Assembly: GCA_024653945.1 (NCBI GenBank) | Contig: JANLIT010000004.1 | Coordinates: 77,281-141,280 of the forward strand | From: Candidatus Campbellbacteria bacterium | GTDB lineage: Bacteria > Patescibacteriota > Minisyncoccia > Phycocordibacterales > EsbW-18 | Length of the DNA stretch: 64,000 bases | Reading direction: 5' to 3' | Shown: positions 9,340-18,431 of the stretch, one piece after another | How the letters are laid out: each line of letters opens with the position of its first letter | Numbering within the stretch: position 1 is the first letter of the stretch | Made by a program: the position numbers and the translations under genes | Notes under the pieces: model-generated | Told to the model about the DNA's origin: nothing | Databases searched by the model: none | Seen by the model: the letters and a program-made list of their open reading frames with translations, nothing else

Positions 9340-9459
9340 CCCGTTAGAGATAGAAAACGCTTTGCGTTTCCGTAGTTATTTGTACAAAATCAAGATATTC
9401 GAACATCTTGGACTATTCCCTCCCGTTTCTTTTCGTAACTGAACAATCTCTAACGGGAT
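9338..9459 (-). promoter_or_regulatory. Long-range inverted repeat (about 14 bp arms, tcccgttagagat / atctctaacggga) flanking about 90 nt of 5' leader and abutting the rpmE start codon
   Basis: The arms at 9338-9352 and 9445-9459 are reverse complements. In the minus-strand transcript the downstream arm ends directly at the AUG, so pairing would occlude the ribosome-binding region. An internal small hairpin (aaacgc/gcgttt) is also present. Confidence 0.4.
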
Positions 9460-9542
9460 TCATAGCCGGTGTACTGTACCAAAAAGACCCGAAATAATCA
9501 AGAGGAACACGGTTTTTGAATATTTGGATCCAAAAATTACTA

Positions 9543-10136
9543 CTACCAAGTTGTGATTGAGACACGCTTCCATGTATCCGTCGCAACACAACGATATATA
9601 TAATTCGCGTCAAAACAAATTTCTCCCGCCGAACAGGCATCAATAGCGCTGACCGGGCACGTCTTCCATGTATAAAGCTTAAACGCCTTAGTAGCATTAT
9701 CAACCGATACAACAGTGAACCCGCCGATACCTCCCTCAAGAACATCAGCATGTGCAGACCACCACGTATCTCCATCATTGACTCCAATCGTTGCAGACTG
9801 GTTGTCCACCATAACATAGCCCGCCGTGGTAGAGTCTCCACTACCCCAAAGCTCAGACATGTCGGCGCTAGTTACCCCTATCTCCAACCTCGGCTTGTCA
9901 GCCCCAGTACGGCCTTGTATCGTCTGCCCGTCCGCGTCACCCGCGAGGAGAACATAGTTTGCTGGATTAAATGGTGTTGCACCAATGGTAAGCGCACCGA
10001 CAGTTGCCGTACCCGTCACACCCAAGTCACCGCCCGTAGTAATACTTGTCCCAATGGTTGATGAAGCTGTTACCGAAAGAGCAGTAACAAAAAACAGCAC
10101 AACGATCGGTGAAAGCCACTTTGAGAATTTTTCCAT
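9543..10136 (-). CDS. Secreted Cys-containing protein, family B copy 1 (conserved N-terminus MEKFSKWLSPI..SSTIGTSITTGGDL)
   Basis: 197 aa. The N-terminal hydrophobic signal/anchor and Thr/Gly-rich region are paralogous to 10751..11305. The C-terminus has 4 Cys. Confidence 0.6.
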   Translation of the reverse strand: MEKFSKWLSPIVVLFFVTALSVTASSTIGTSITTGGDLGVTGTATVGALTIGATPFNPANYVLLAGDADGQTIQGRTGADKPRLEIGVTSADMSELWGSGDSTTAGYVMVDNQSATIGVNDGDTWWSAHADVLEGGIGGFTVVSVDNATKAFKLYTWKTCPVSAIDACSAGEICFDANYIYRCVATDTWKRVSITTW

Positions 10137-10180
10137 ATAACTTTGAATTAGATTTAAAAATTAAAAATACTATTCACACC

Positions 10181-10723
10181 CTACTGCACCCGAACAGTAA
10201 GAAGGAGTTGAAGATATTGTTTGAGCAGTTCAATAAGTCGTTCCATAAGTATCAATACTAAATCTTGATTTGTTTCTTCTGTGGTGTGTTGTATACGTCT
10301 TCCACTTGAACCTCCTCCTGAAATTACTCCAGACTCACTTGCAACACACACACCTTCTGGTGTAATGGTAATGGTTGGGTTACCACCGACTGAAGCGAGC
10401 CCGAGTCGTGACTCCGTGTCGCTACACACCTCGCTCGTTACATATTGAGCATCCGCATCGTGGGTAAAACCAACTTTGTCAGCTGATGCAATAATAATAG
10501 CGGAACCATTATCAAGAGTGATTGAAAAATCAGTTGCGCTAATTGTTATGCTTGCAATCTCAGCACTACTTCCATAGATGGTTAGTTCATATCCACCAAC
10601 ATCAAGAATCGCTGTTGTTTCAAATGTGACATCATTAAAAGCAGCTTGTACAGAAGCAAAAAGGGGTACAAGCGACAAACCGAGAATGATGAAGAATTTA
10701 GAGATTTTTTTCATACACAACAA
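10181..10723 (-). CDS. Secreted protein, family A copy 1 (signal peptide, beta-rich region, Gly/Ser linker, conserved C-terminal helix LVLILMERLIELLKQYLQLLL)
   Basis: 180 aa with a signal peptide (MKKISKFFIILGLSLVPLFASVQA). The C-terminal motif is shared with 11350..12096. Confidence 0.6.
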   Translation of the reverse strand: MLCMKKISKFFIILGLSLVPLFASVQAAFNDVTFETTAILDVGGYELTIYGSSAEIASITISATDFSITLDNGSAIIIASADKVGFTHDADAQYVTSEVCSDTESRLGLASVGGNPTITITPEGVCVASESGVISGGGSSGRRIQHTTEETNQDLVLILMERLIELLKQYLQLLLTVRVQ

Positions 10724-10750
10724 GTAAGAGATATTTCGTGACTTGTTATC

Positions 10751-11305
10751 CTATACACCAACAAAAACACATGCCTGTGTTGTAGATGCCACTTGCACGT
10801 AGCTCGCCCCATCACACACACAGAGATAATCGGACAGGTCAGAGTATGCGATTGTTCCCGCGCTACCTGCCGCACAAGCGACGGGTTCAGCGGATACGGG
10901 CACCAAACGGACCCTACCTTGTAGTGCCGTTTCTCCTCCCGCGGATGGATTAAGAATAATGTCCCCTCCTCCACTTGCCGTGAAAATCCAAGCCGATCCA
11001 TCACCGCCAGTGTCAAATGTTGTTCCACTTCCAGATGACACATCACTAGGAAGTCCGACTGTTCCAGAAAAAGATGGGCTAGCAAGTGGTGCATAATCTG
11101 CTGGATCAAAAGTTGCATATTCGGGACTTTCTGGATCAAAAGGTGTTACACCAAGAACAAGTGCGCGCGAGGTTGTGGTACCCGTCACATCCAAATCACC
11201 TCCTGTGGTAATACTTGTGCCTATTGTCGAAGATGCGGTGACGCTTAACGCTGTAACAAAAAATAGTGCAATGATTGGTGAAAGCCACTTTGAGAATTTT
11301 TCCAT
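10751..11305 (-). CDS. Secreted Cys-containing protein, family B copy 2
   Basis: 184 aa. The first roughly 40 aa are identical or near-identical to 9543..10136 at protein level but carry many synonymous nucleotide differences. The upstream 45 bp is also conserved. Confidence 0.6.
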   Translation of the reverse strand: MEKFSKWLSPIIALFFVTALSVTASSTIGTSITTGGDLDVTGTTTSRALVLGVTPFDPESPEYATFDPADYAPLASPSFSGTVGLPSDVSSGSGTTFDTGGDGSAWIFTASGGGDIILNPSAGGETALQGRVRLVPVSAEPVACAAGSAGTIAYSDLSDYLCVCDGASYVQVASTTQACVFVGV

Positions 11306-11349
11306 ATAACTTTGAATTGGATTAGAAAATTAAAAATACTATTTACATC

Positions 11350-12096
11350 CTACTGTCCTTGAGCTGCAAGAAGCAATGCTAGGTATTGTTGAAGAAGACC
11401 GATGAGTTTTTCCATAAGCATCAAGATAACGGGGTCGTTTGAGGAACCACCCCCACCACCTCCGCCTCCACCATCGTCATCATCATCCCCGTTATTGACA
11501 TTCACGGTAACACTGTCGGTTGCTGAACCACCTGTGCCAGTACAACTAATTGCAAATGTCGTTGCGTTGATAAGATTACTTGAAGTATCACTCCCCGATG
11601 TTGCACCACCACTGATAGTAAATCCTGAAGAACTTCCTTGTGTAACTGAACATAATGTTGCATATGTTGAAGCCCATGTCAGTGTTGTTGCACCCCCCGT
11701 GCTCACAGGATTTGGAGAAGCGGTTAGGGTTGCTGTTGGAGTGGTGTCTTCCACGTTGATATTCACAACAACACTCGCCGTTGCTGTTCCACTTGACCCA
11801 GTACAACTGATTGCAAATGTTGTTGAAACAGAAATAGGGTCTGAAGAATCACTCCCTGCCGTTGCGCCACCTGTAGTAAATCCTGATTTTCCTCCCTGTG
11901 TCACAGAACACGAGGTTGCATATGTTGAACTCCACGAGAGGACAGTACTTCCAACACTTCGTGTGTATATGGGATTTGGAGAAGCGGTTAGGGTTGCCGT
12001 CGGAGGAGGTAAGGATGTTGTTGAAAAAACAGATGATGGAAACACTAATACAGAAGCTATAAGAAGAAATACAAAATACGAGATTGTTTTTTTCAT
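11350..12096 (-). CDS. Secreted protein, family A copy 2: two roughly 95-aa Ig-like repeats, poly-Asp/poly-Gly linker, conserved C-terminal helix
   Basis: 248 aa with a signal peptide. The internal repeats PTATLTASPNP...TLSW.STYAT.CSVTQG...TTFAISCTG occur twice. The linker DDDDDGGGGGGGGGSS is followed by VILMLMEKLIGLLQQYLALLL. Confidence 0.65.
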   Translation of the reverse strand: MKKTISYFVFLLIASVLVFPSSVFSTTSLPPPTATLTASPNPIYTRSVGSTVLSWSSTYATSCSVTQGGKSGFTTGGATAGSDSSDPISVSTTFAISCTGSSGTATASVVVNINVEDTTPTATLTASPNPVSTGGATTLTWASTYATLCSVTQGSSSGFTISGGATSGSDTSSNLINATTFAISCTGTGGSATDSVTVNVNNGDDDDDGGGGGGGGGSSNDPVILMLMEKLIGLLQQYLALLLAAQGQ

Positions 12097-12176
12097 AGGA
12101 GCAAGAGTTTTAGTTAGTGTGGGTAATACTTCTAGTGTAACAGTTTTTGTGGTGCTTTTTTACCTGTGGGGAAAGC

Positions 12177-13535
12177 TTACTTTCCATTCTTCAAAATATC
12201 AATCTGCACTTGGTACCCATCGGCAAGTGCCATCACTTCATCACCATAAAAAGCATACGATGGTTTAGACGCGTTTCCCCAGCCTGCAAAATAACGAAGT
12301 GACGCAAGACGTTCTGCTGCCCGAGTTCCCGCGGTTGCACCGTTGTCGCCTAAAAGAATCCCGGCCGCGGTGAAGGCGTCCAATGGATTGTATGGATTTG
12401 GTGGAAAGTTTCCAGAAACAGCTCCGATACGATCCTTATTTTTATCATACGGTGCACATGTTTGTGTTGTCTTGTCACATGAATACCCAGCGTATTGTGC
12501 CCATGTTGAAGGAATAAATTGTGCCGGTCCCATAGCGCCCCCCCATCCGTACCACGGCTTTGCAGACACCGGCATACTATCTGGGTTGAGCCCTAAATCT
12601 TTCATGAGTGTCCCAAAAATATATTTATCACGCTCCGGGTGCGAATCAGTAATCCAGTTTCCTGTTCCAAGATTTTCTCCGAGGCGTGTCTCTTCCTGAA
12701 GTGTTCCTAAAATAAGTGCTGCTCGCACACCAGTAACTTTTTGTACGTCTTGTGCAAAATCAATGGCCTCACCGAGGGAAATTGCTGATGAACCGCGAAG
12801 TTTGAAGAGCTCGGCGCGAATTTGTGCGGCCGTCTGTTGTTTCTGCGCAATAATCGTTTGGTAGACGGTTTCCTGACCCTTCGTCACGGTGAGCACCTCC
12901 TTTTTTTGTGCCTCTTGAATTTCAATTTTTTTCTTTTCAAGTTCTTGAAGTTTTTTGAGTTCAAGTTCATCTGCTTGTCGTTCTTCTAGGGTTACTTTTT
13001 CTTTATGAGTTTCATCCTTTGTTGATTCAATTTCTCGAAATGAACCCTGAAGCGCTACAGTAATCGCATCAAAAGAATCTAGGTCCTCAAAAAATTCTGA
13101 AATGTTTTCTTTAGCAAGAGCCACCTCTACAAGAGACACATTGTCTAATCGATTTGTTTCACGAATAAGTTGCGCGAGGGACTCTTTCTCTCGAGACATG
13201 CGGGCAGTGAGTTCATCTATGGTTTCTAGCTTGTCGCCAATTTCACCTCCAATTTTTTTAATGGAGTACGTGCGTGCCTGAATACCAAGTTGGGATTTTT
13301 TTATTTCACCATTGAGCAACGACACGTCACGTTCAAGTGACACGCGTTCGGTGCGTTTTTCATCAAGAAAAACCTGCTGAAATTCTATTTCTTTCTCAAC
13401 TTTTTTGAGTTGCGCCTCAAGCTCTTTCTGCCGTGCTTCAACAGAGTCCTGTAGGGTTTCAGCAAAGACCGTGGAGCAGAATCCCACGGAGAGAATACTT
13501 ATGAACAAAATGAGTAGGGAGCGTGAATGGCGCAT
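12177..13535 (-). CDS. Lytic transglycosylase domain protein with N-terminal signal peptide and long coiled-coil
   Basis: 452 aa. Heptad-rich region from residue 30 to 250. The C-terminal domain has LQEETRLGEN, GAMGPAQFIPSTW and NPYNPLDAFTAAGILL, which resemble a family-3/SLT-type transglycosylase. Confidence 0.65.
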   Translation of the reverse strand: MRHSRSLLILFISILSVGFCSTVFAETLQDSVEARQKELEAQLKKVEKEIEFQQVFLDEKRTERVSLERDVSLLNGEIKKSQLGIQARTYSIKKIGGEIGDKLETIDELTARMSREKESLAQLIRETNRLDNVSLVEVALAKENISEFFEDLDSFDAITVALQGSFREIESTKDETHKEKVTLEERQADELELKKLQELEKKKIEIQEAQKKEVLTVTKGQETVYQTIIAQKQQTAAQIRAELFKLRGSSAISLGEAIDFAQDVQKVTGVRAALILGTLQEETRLGENLGTGNWITDSHPERDKYIFGTLMKDLGLNPDSMPVSAKPWYGWGGAMGPAQFIPSTWAQYAGYSCDKTTQTCAPYDKNKDRIGAVSGNFPPNPYNPLDAFTAAGILLGDNGATAGTRAAERLASLRYFAGWGNASKPSYAFYGDEVMALADGYQVQIDILKNGK

Positions 13536-13571
13536 AGAAGTGGCCAGACACCCGTTGGTATTGGACTACGC

Positions 13572-14264
13572 CTAGTTTTTTTCCGGCTTTTCTGTCTTTT
13601 CTGGCTTTTCCGCATCTTCTCCCGTGGCCTCTCCGCCTTCCTCTCCTTCTTCCTCTTTCTTGCCCCTCTTTTCAACTTCAATAGACTCCATGTCTATTTC
13701 AGCAACTGGCGCCTCCTCTTCTTCTTTCGGTTGTGACACAGATACTACTGTTTCTTCTAACTCTTCCTGAATGGCCACACCCGCGGGTACTGGTATATCT
13801 TTAATGGCGATACGACCCTCAAAGGTTTCAAGTGTCGATACATCTATTAGTATCTCATGTGGCAAGTCCTTTGGAAATGCTTCCACTTTAACTTCGTGCA
13901 TAACTTTCATAAGTGTTCCTCCAAGGTTCTTAACTGCTGGTGACTCACCAACAAATACAAGGGGAACTTCTGTTTGCACCTTCTTTCCTTTCTCAATAAC
14001 ATAAAAATCAACGTGGCGAGCGATGTCAGTCACTGGATGAAAATCAACTTCGTGAATGAGCGCATCTTTGGGTTCACCCACACCCTCAAGAGTGATGACA
14101 GTTGACTCACCTGCTTCTTTCCAGAGCTTCTCAAACACCTTCTGATCAACAGAAATAGCTTGTGTTGGCTCTTTTGGACCATAGAGTACACCAGGAATAC
14201 GCCCGTTTGCACGAAGCGTGTCTGGCTTTCCTCCATCTCGTTTTTGTATCTGTACTACCGTCAT
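13572..14264 (-). CDS. rplY: 50S ribosomal protein L25 / general stress protein Ctc, with acidic C-terminal tail
   Basis: RDGGKPDTLRANGRIPGVLYG...HPV is the L25 N-domain. The beta-barrel C-domain precedes a Glu-rich tail. Confidence 0.8.
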   Translation of the reverse strand: MTVVQIQKRDGGKPDTLRANGRIPGVLYGPKEPTQAISVDQKVFEKLWKEAGESTVITLEGVGEPKDALIHEVDFHPVTDIARHVDFYVIEKGKKVQTEVPLVFVGESPAVKNLGGTLMKVMHEVKVEAFPKDLPHEILIDVSTLETFEGRIAIKDIPVPAGVAIQEELEETVVSVSQPKEEEEAPVAEIDMESIEVEKRGKKEEEGEEGGEATGEDAEKPEKTEKPEKN

Positions 14265-14291
14265 AGGTCACCAATAATCGCATAGAGACAC

Positions 14292-16301
14292 TTAAAATGC
14301 AACCGTCCTAGAGAGCCCCAGTACAACGGCTCGGGTTTTTTGACCAAAATATCCTATTGAAGGGGTAACTCCTTTGACCATTTGAAATTCAGCGAGAGCT
14401 TGTTGGGTACGTGTGCCAAAATAACCAGTCGCACCAACCAAGAACAAAGTGCGAGCGAAAGAACCCGAGTTTTGTGTAATAAGAAATATTTGAAGTTTGA
14501 CAACGTCTTGTCCACTATCGCCAAGGGTGAGGTCGCGTGAGTACTCATTTTTTTCTGAGATTGGACCAAGAAACACAACCATCTCTGGTGTGGGAATGCC
14601 ACCAAGGGCAATGAATTGTACGATAAGAGATTTGAGCTGAATAAGAAGTGTTTGAAGAATCTTTGTGTCATTTTGGGGTACGGCTTCAGGCACTGCAGGG
14701 ATTATTGGTTTTTTGTTATCCCCACCACCTCCACTTTCTTCCTCTTCTACCGAGCATGTAGACGTGGTGAACGATCTATCTGCACCATAAGCAATTCCAG
14801 CCGTCGGATTTGATGCCCACACCTTCACGTGATACAACGTTTCGCATACAAGTGACGTAAGACTTCCAGAAAAAACTCCCGTTGAAAAAACCCCGTTCTC
14901 TGTTGTTGTTGCACCATATGCCGTGGTGAGACCAAATGTAAAACCACGTGCTGTCACATTTTCTCCACCAGTTGTACTAATCGTCCCATTTCCAACCGCG
15001 GTAGTTTGTTCAATTGAAGATACCGCATCGGTCGTCACCGTAGGAACCACCACCTCAAGAACATCTTCAAGGTCAATGTGTGTTGTTCCTGTTCCGGTTC
15101 TTGGCGTCATCCAGTTGTCTGTTGCTCCGACAACAAGATCAAAAGATGGATTTGTTTCAAAATCAATCACCGATGCTGTTTGGACGGTCAGAACACCTGT
15201 CGCTCCATCAATGGTAAACGCCGAATCTGTATTCCCAGACACAATGGTGTATGTAAGCGTGTTACCACCATATGCGTCAGTCGCCGTGACCGTACCAACA
15301 ACTGTATTTATAGGACTGTTTTCGGAAAGTGTAAGAGTATCAGGTGTAACCACGGGAGTTTCATTTCCAACAAAACACGATAGATCATAGGTTGAGATTT
15401 GATACCCGCCATCATTGCCAAGGTCAAGAATCGCTTCATTGAGCGCCTCTGTATATGCGCCATAAAAAGGGCCATAGCCGTCACCTGTAATCGTGGTGGT
15501 AAGCGTCGGCTGTCCGTCGATGACAAAGAAACCGGGTTGACCCGAGTCTCCACCCACAAGCGCTTCACTGAACGCATAACGCGTCGTTGTCGCCGGCGGA
15601 GTAAAAAACGAAAGCGACGCATGCCCGTCCATTGAACTGTATGAATAATCAAGGTCAACGATTGAGGCTTTTTGTTCCTGATCAAAAAGAATAAATGGCA
15701 CTATGGGTTCAGAGAAGTAGCGTTCAACTTCTTCTTTACTCACAATCGGATAGAACGCTATTCCCGCAGGAACGTCGGCATTGAGGACACCGAGCTGAAT
15801 GTCATCTTGGTTCGGCTGAAAAACAATTTCCACCTGGGCCTGTAAGGTGCGTGTAACAATCGTATTGTCATCCGCAATAAAAATAATCGTTGATCCATTG
15901 GTTATCGGAAAGTGATTTGCAAATACGATGTGTCGGGGAGAGATAAGAACGCCCGCCTTTGTAAAACTTGAATTGGAGTTCCACGGTGATGCTCCCGTCA
16001 AAGCAAGTGGAGTATCTCCTTCGGTGATCCACACAGTCGCACTTCTCGTCCACGGATCCATATCGGTTCCCCGCGTTGAAAAAATCTTTTTAGTGCTGTC
16101 GTTTGCAGTTAGACCCTCAATACGGTACTCAATCTCATGCTTCATTTCTGCTACGAGATCTGTTGAAAAAAGACCGACACAGCTTGCGGGAGCAAACACG
16201 TCGGCAAACACCACGGACACGACAATAGAAAAACACCCGACAAAAACCACCACAAACACACAGCACCTTGTACTAAAAATAAAACGCATTCGTGTATACA
16301 T
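14292..16301 (-). CDS. Large secreted multidomain surface protein: cadherin-like repeat, Ig/FN3-like region, Gly linker + helix, C-terminal peptidoglycan-binding (PG_binding_1-like) domain
   Basis: 669 aa with an N-terminal signal/anchor. A cadherin-type repeat is present (TLTLSENSPINTVVGTVTATDAYGGNTLTYTIVSGNTDSAFTIDGATGVLTV). A possible trypsin-like segment contains GGDSGQPGF. The C-terminus has DLTLGDSGQDVVKLQIFL...GYFGTRTQQALAEFQ. Confidence 0.65.
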   Translation of the reverse strand: MYTRMRFIFSTRCCVFVVVFVGCFSIVVSVVFADVFAPASCVGLFSTDLVAEMKHEIEYRIEGLTANDSTKKIFSTRGTDMDPWTRSATVWITEGDTPLALTGASPWNSNSSFTKAGVLISPRHIVFANHFPITNGSTIIFIADDNTIVTRTLQAQVEIVFQPNQDDIQLGVLNADVPAGIAFYPIVSKEEVERYFSEPIVPFILFDQEQKASIVDLDYSYSSMDGHASLSFFTPPATTTRYAFSEALVGGDSGQPGFFVIDGQPTLTTTITGDGYGPFYGAYTEALNEAILDLGNDGGYQISTYDLSCFVGNETPVVTPDTLTLSENSPINTVVGTVTATDAYGGNTLTYTIVSGNTDSAFTIDGATGVLTVQTASVIDFETNPSFDLVVGATDNWMTPRTGTGTTHIDLEDVLEVVVPTVTTDAVSSIEQTTAVGNGTISTTGGENVTARGFTFGLTTAYGATTTENGVFSTGVFSGSLTSLVCETLYHVKVWASNPTAGIAYGADRSFTTSTCSVEEEESGGGGDNKKPIIPAVPEAVPQNDTKILQTLLIQLKSLIVQFIALGGIPTPEMVVFLGPISEKNEYSRDLTLGDSGQDVVKLQIFLITQNSGSFARTLFLVGATGYFGTRTQQALAEFQMVKGVTPSIGYFGQKTRAVVLGLSRTVAF

Positions 16302-17167
16302 TATCGGCCAGCAAAGAGTTTGAGGCGCTTTTCAACAATATCCTGTACTGCTAGCACGGCTTGTTTAGTGTATTTGTATGGTGCAAGTTCCTCAGTATTT
16401 TCTTGCAATGAAATTTGGAGTGCTTTTCGGTATGCAACACGGAGTTCGGTTGACACGTGTACTTGAGCAATTCCTGACACAATGACCGCAAGGTAGTCCT
16501 CGTCCGATGTTCCAGAGCCTCCGTGAAGCACGAGCGGAATACTCACGGCATCTGCAATCTCTTTCACACGCGAAGGATTAAGACGTGGATCCATACCACT
16601 CTTCAATGTCCCATGAATAGTGCCAACAGCTGGGGCGAGTAAGTCCACCCCTGTTTCGTCAACAAACCGTTTCGCGTCTTCTGCGGTTGTCATCATGTCA
16701 TCAGTTACCGCGGCGCCCACAGGAAGTACATCAAGAAGTTGCGAGCCAACACCAATAAAACCAAGTTCTCCTTCAACCAATGTTGTGTCTCCTTTTGATT
16801 GCGCATAGGCAACACACTCTTTTGTCTTGGCGATGTTTTCTTCAAAAGAAAGCTGGGCCCCGTCAAAAATAACACTATCAAATCCGGCATCAATTGCCTC
16901 TTTAACACGTTCGACACTGTATGTGTGATCGGCATTGAGATATATATCATGTTCAGTATCTTCGCGAAGTGTTTTCACTAACGCAACGAGTTCTTTCACA
17001 CCAAACGCATCTCGTTCCCCTTCTGATGCTCCAATGATGACAGGGAGGCGCACATCTTTGGCGGCGTTCACAATTGCTTGCACCATTTCTATGTTTGCAA
17101 CATTAAAATGTCCGATGGCATACTTACCTTTCTGTGCCTCATTAATTGTTTCGCGTAGAGTTTTCAT
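16301..17167 (-). CDS. fba: Class II fructose-bisphosphate aldolase
   Basis: 288 aa with class II FBA signatures (NVANIEMVQAIVNAA, LHGGSGTSDED, and so on). Confidence 0.85.
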   Translation of the reverse strand: MKTLRETINEAQKGKYAIGHFNVANIEMVQAIVNAAKDVRLPVIIGASEGERDAFGVKELVALVKTLREDTEHDIYLNADHTYSVERVKEAIDAGFDSVIFDGAQLSFEENIAKTKECVAYAQSKGDTTLVEGELGFIGVGSQLLDVLPVGAAVTDDMMTTAEDAKRFVDETGVDLLAPAVGTIHGTLKSGMDPRLNPSRVKEIADAVSIPLVLHGGSGTSDEDYLAVIVSGIAQVHVSTELRVAYRKALQISLQENTEELAPYKYTKQAVLAVQDIVEKRLKLFAGR

Positions 17168-17222
17168 CCCATAATTCTATCATAAAACATGTAGCGTGTA
17201 GCACATAACAAAAATAGCGCTT

Positions 17223-17292
17223 GTTACATGTTGCGTGTTACATGTTGCGTGTTACCTGCTGCGTGTTACATGCTATGTGTTACATGCTCTAT
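17223..17292. repeat. Five tandem copies of a 14-bp unit (GTTACATGTTGCGT consensus) in the fba/pfkB divergent intergenic region
   Basis: The copies GTTACATGTTGCGT, GTTACATGTTGCGT, GTTACCTGCTGCGT, GTTACATGCTATGT and GTTACATGCTCTAT are contiguous and degenerate towards the pfkB start. Confidence 0.85.
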
Positions 17293-17313
17293 CCCCTGTG
17301 CTATCATATCCCC

Positions 17314-18318
17314 ATGACCTACGACCTTATCGCCATTGGCGACACAGTAACCGACGAGTTTATTGAACTAGAAGATGTACGTATTGACACGAAACGTGAC
17401 CCCGAAGACAAGGGGTATCAGGAGATTTGTTTTCGATTTGGAGACAAGGTGTCATATAAAAACCTGACTGTAGTACATGCGGTCGGCAACGCGGCAAATG
17501 CCGCTGTATCAGCAACTCGGCTTGGCCTAACGACCGCATTCGTCAGTGATGTTGGGGATGATGAGCTTGGAACAAAAATACTTGAAACACTCACTGGGCA
17601 CAATGTATCAACATCGTTCATTCGTATACACGAAGACATGCTGAGCAATCACCACTATGTTTTACACTATGGACCAGAGCGAACCATTCTAATCAAACAT
17701 CAACCATATCCGTACGCACTCCCCGACATTGGAGAACCGACATGGTTATATCTTTCGTCTCTCGCAGACCACTCTCTGGACTATCATCACGAAATCGCGC
17801 GGTATCTGGAAGCACATCCATCAATTAAACTTGCATTTCAACCGGGAACATTTCAGATTAAACTCGGAGCAAAAGAATTATCCGACATATATGCACGCAC
17901 GCACATTTTCTTTTGCAACCGCGAGGAGGCGGGTAGAATTTTAGAAACACCAGAAATCAACGACATCAAAAAACTTTTGAAAGATGTCTCTGCTCTCGGA
18001 CCAAAGGTGGTAGTCATTACGGACGGACCAAATGGTGCATATGCGTACGATTCACAAAACGGCGAGATGCTCTCGGTTACCATGTACCCAGACCCAAAAC
18101 CACCAGTTGACCGCACGGGGGCTGGAGATGCGTTTGCTTCAACGGTTGTTTCTGCGCTTGTTCTTGAAAAACCTTTGTCTGAAGCGCTTTTGTGGGGACC
18201 TATTAACTCCATGTCAGTTGTGCAATACATTGGCGCACAAGCAGGACTCCTCTCACGTGAACAACTGGAAAAACATCTTGCCGAAGCTCCTGCGGACTAC
18301 AGGGTTGAGAAGCTCTAG
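17314..18318 (+). CDS. PfkB-family carbohydrate kinase (ribokinase-like)
   Basis: Start MTYDLIAIGDTVTDEF and the C-terminal motif DRTGAGDAF, typical of the ribokinase/pfkB family. The ORF-track start at 17221 runs through the repeat array and is probably not used. Confidence 0.75.
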   Translation: MTYDLIAIGDTVTDEFIELEDVRIDTKRDPEDKGYQEICFRFGDKVSYKNLTVVHAVGNAANAAVSATRLGLTTAFVSDVGDDELGTKILETLTGHNVSTSFIRIHEDMLSNHHYVLHYGPERTILIKHQPYPYALPDIGEPTWLYLSSLADHSLDYHHEIARYLEAHPSIKLAFQPGTFQIKLGAKELSDIYARTHIFFCNREEAGRILETPEINDIKKLLKDVSALGPKVVVITDGPNGAYAYDSQNGEMLSVTMYPDPKPPVDRTGAGDAFASTVVSALVLEKPLSEALLWGPINSMSVVQYIGAQAGLLSREQLEKHLAEAPADYRVEKL

Positions 18319-18431
18319 ATTGAGTTCATCCAGAACTTACTTGAGCTGGCTCCCACCACTTGGTTTGGAGGTAGAGTAAATGCTAGATATACTTTCACTA
18401 GACGACAACCACAAGAAATAAGGAGACTCCA

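Noticed and set aside
9413-9841. 142-aa minus-strand ORF overlapping the B1 secreted protein
   Set aside because: It is an alternative frame of a region with a better-supported paralogous CDS (conserved N-terminus and signal peptide). Its last codons are simply the rpmE-leader inverted repeat.
11402-12268. 288-aa plus-strand ORF with a poly-Pro/poly-Ser stretch
   Set aside because: It is the antisense frame of the poly-Asp/poly-Gly linker and Thr-rich repeats of the secreted A2 protein. It has no start context and is not operon-consistent.
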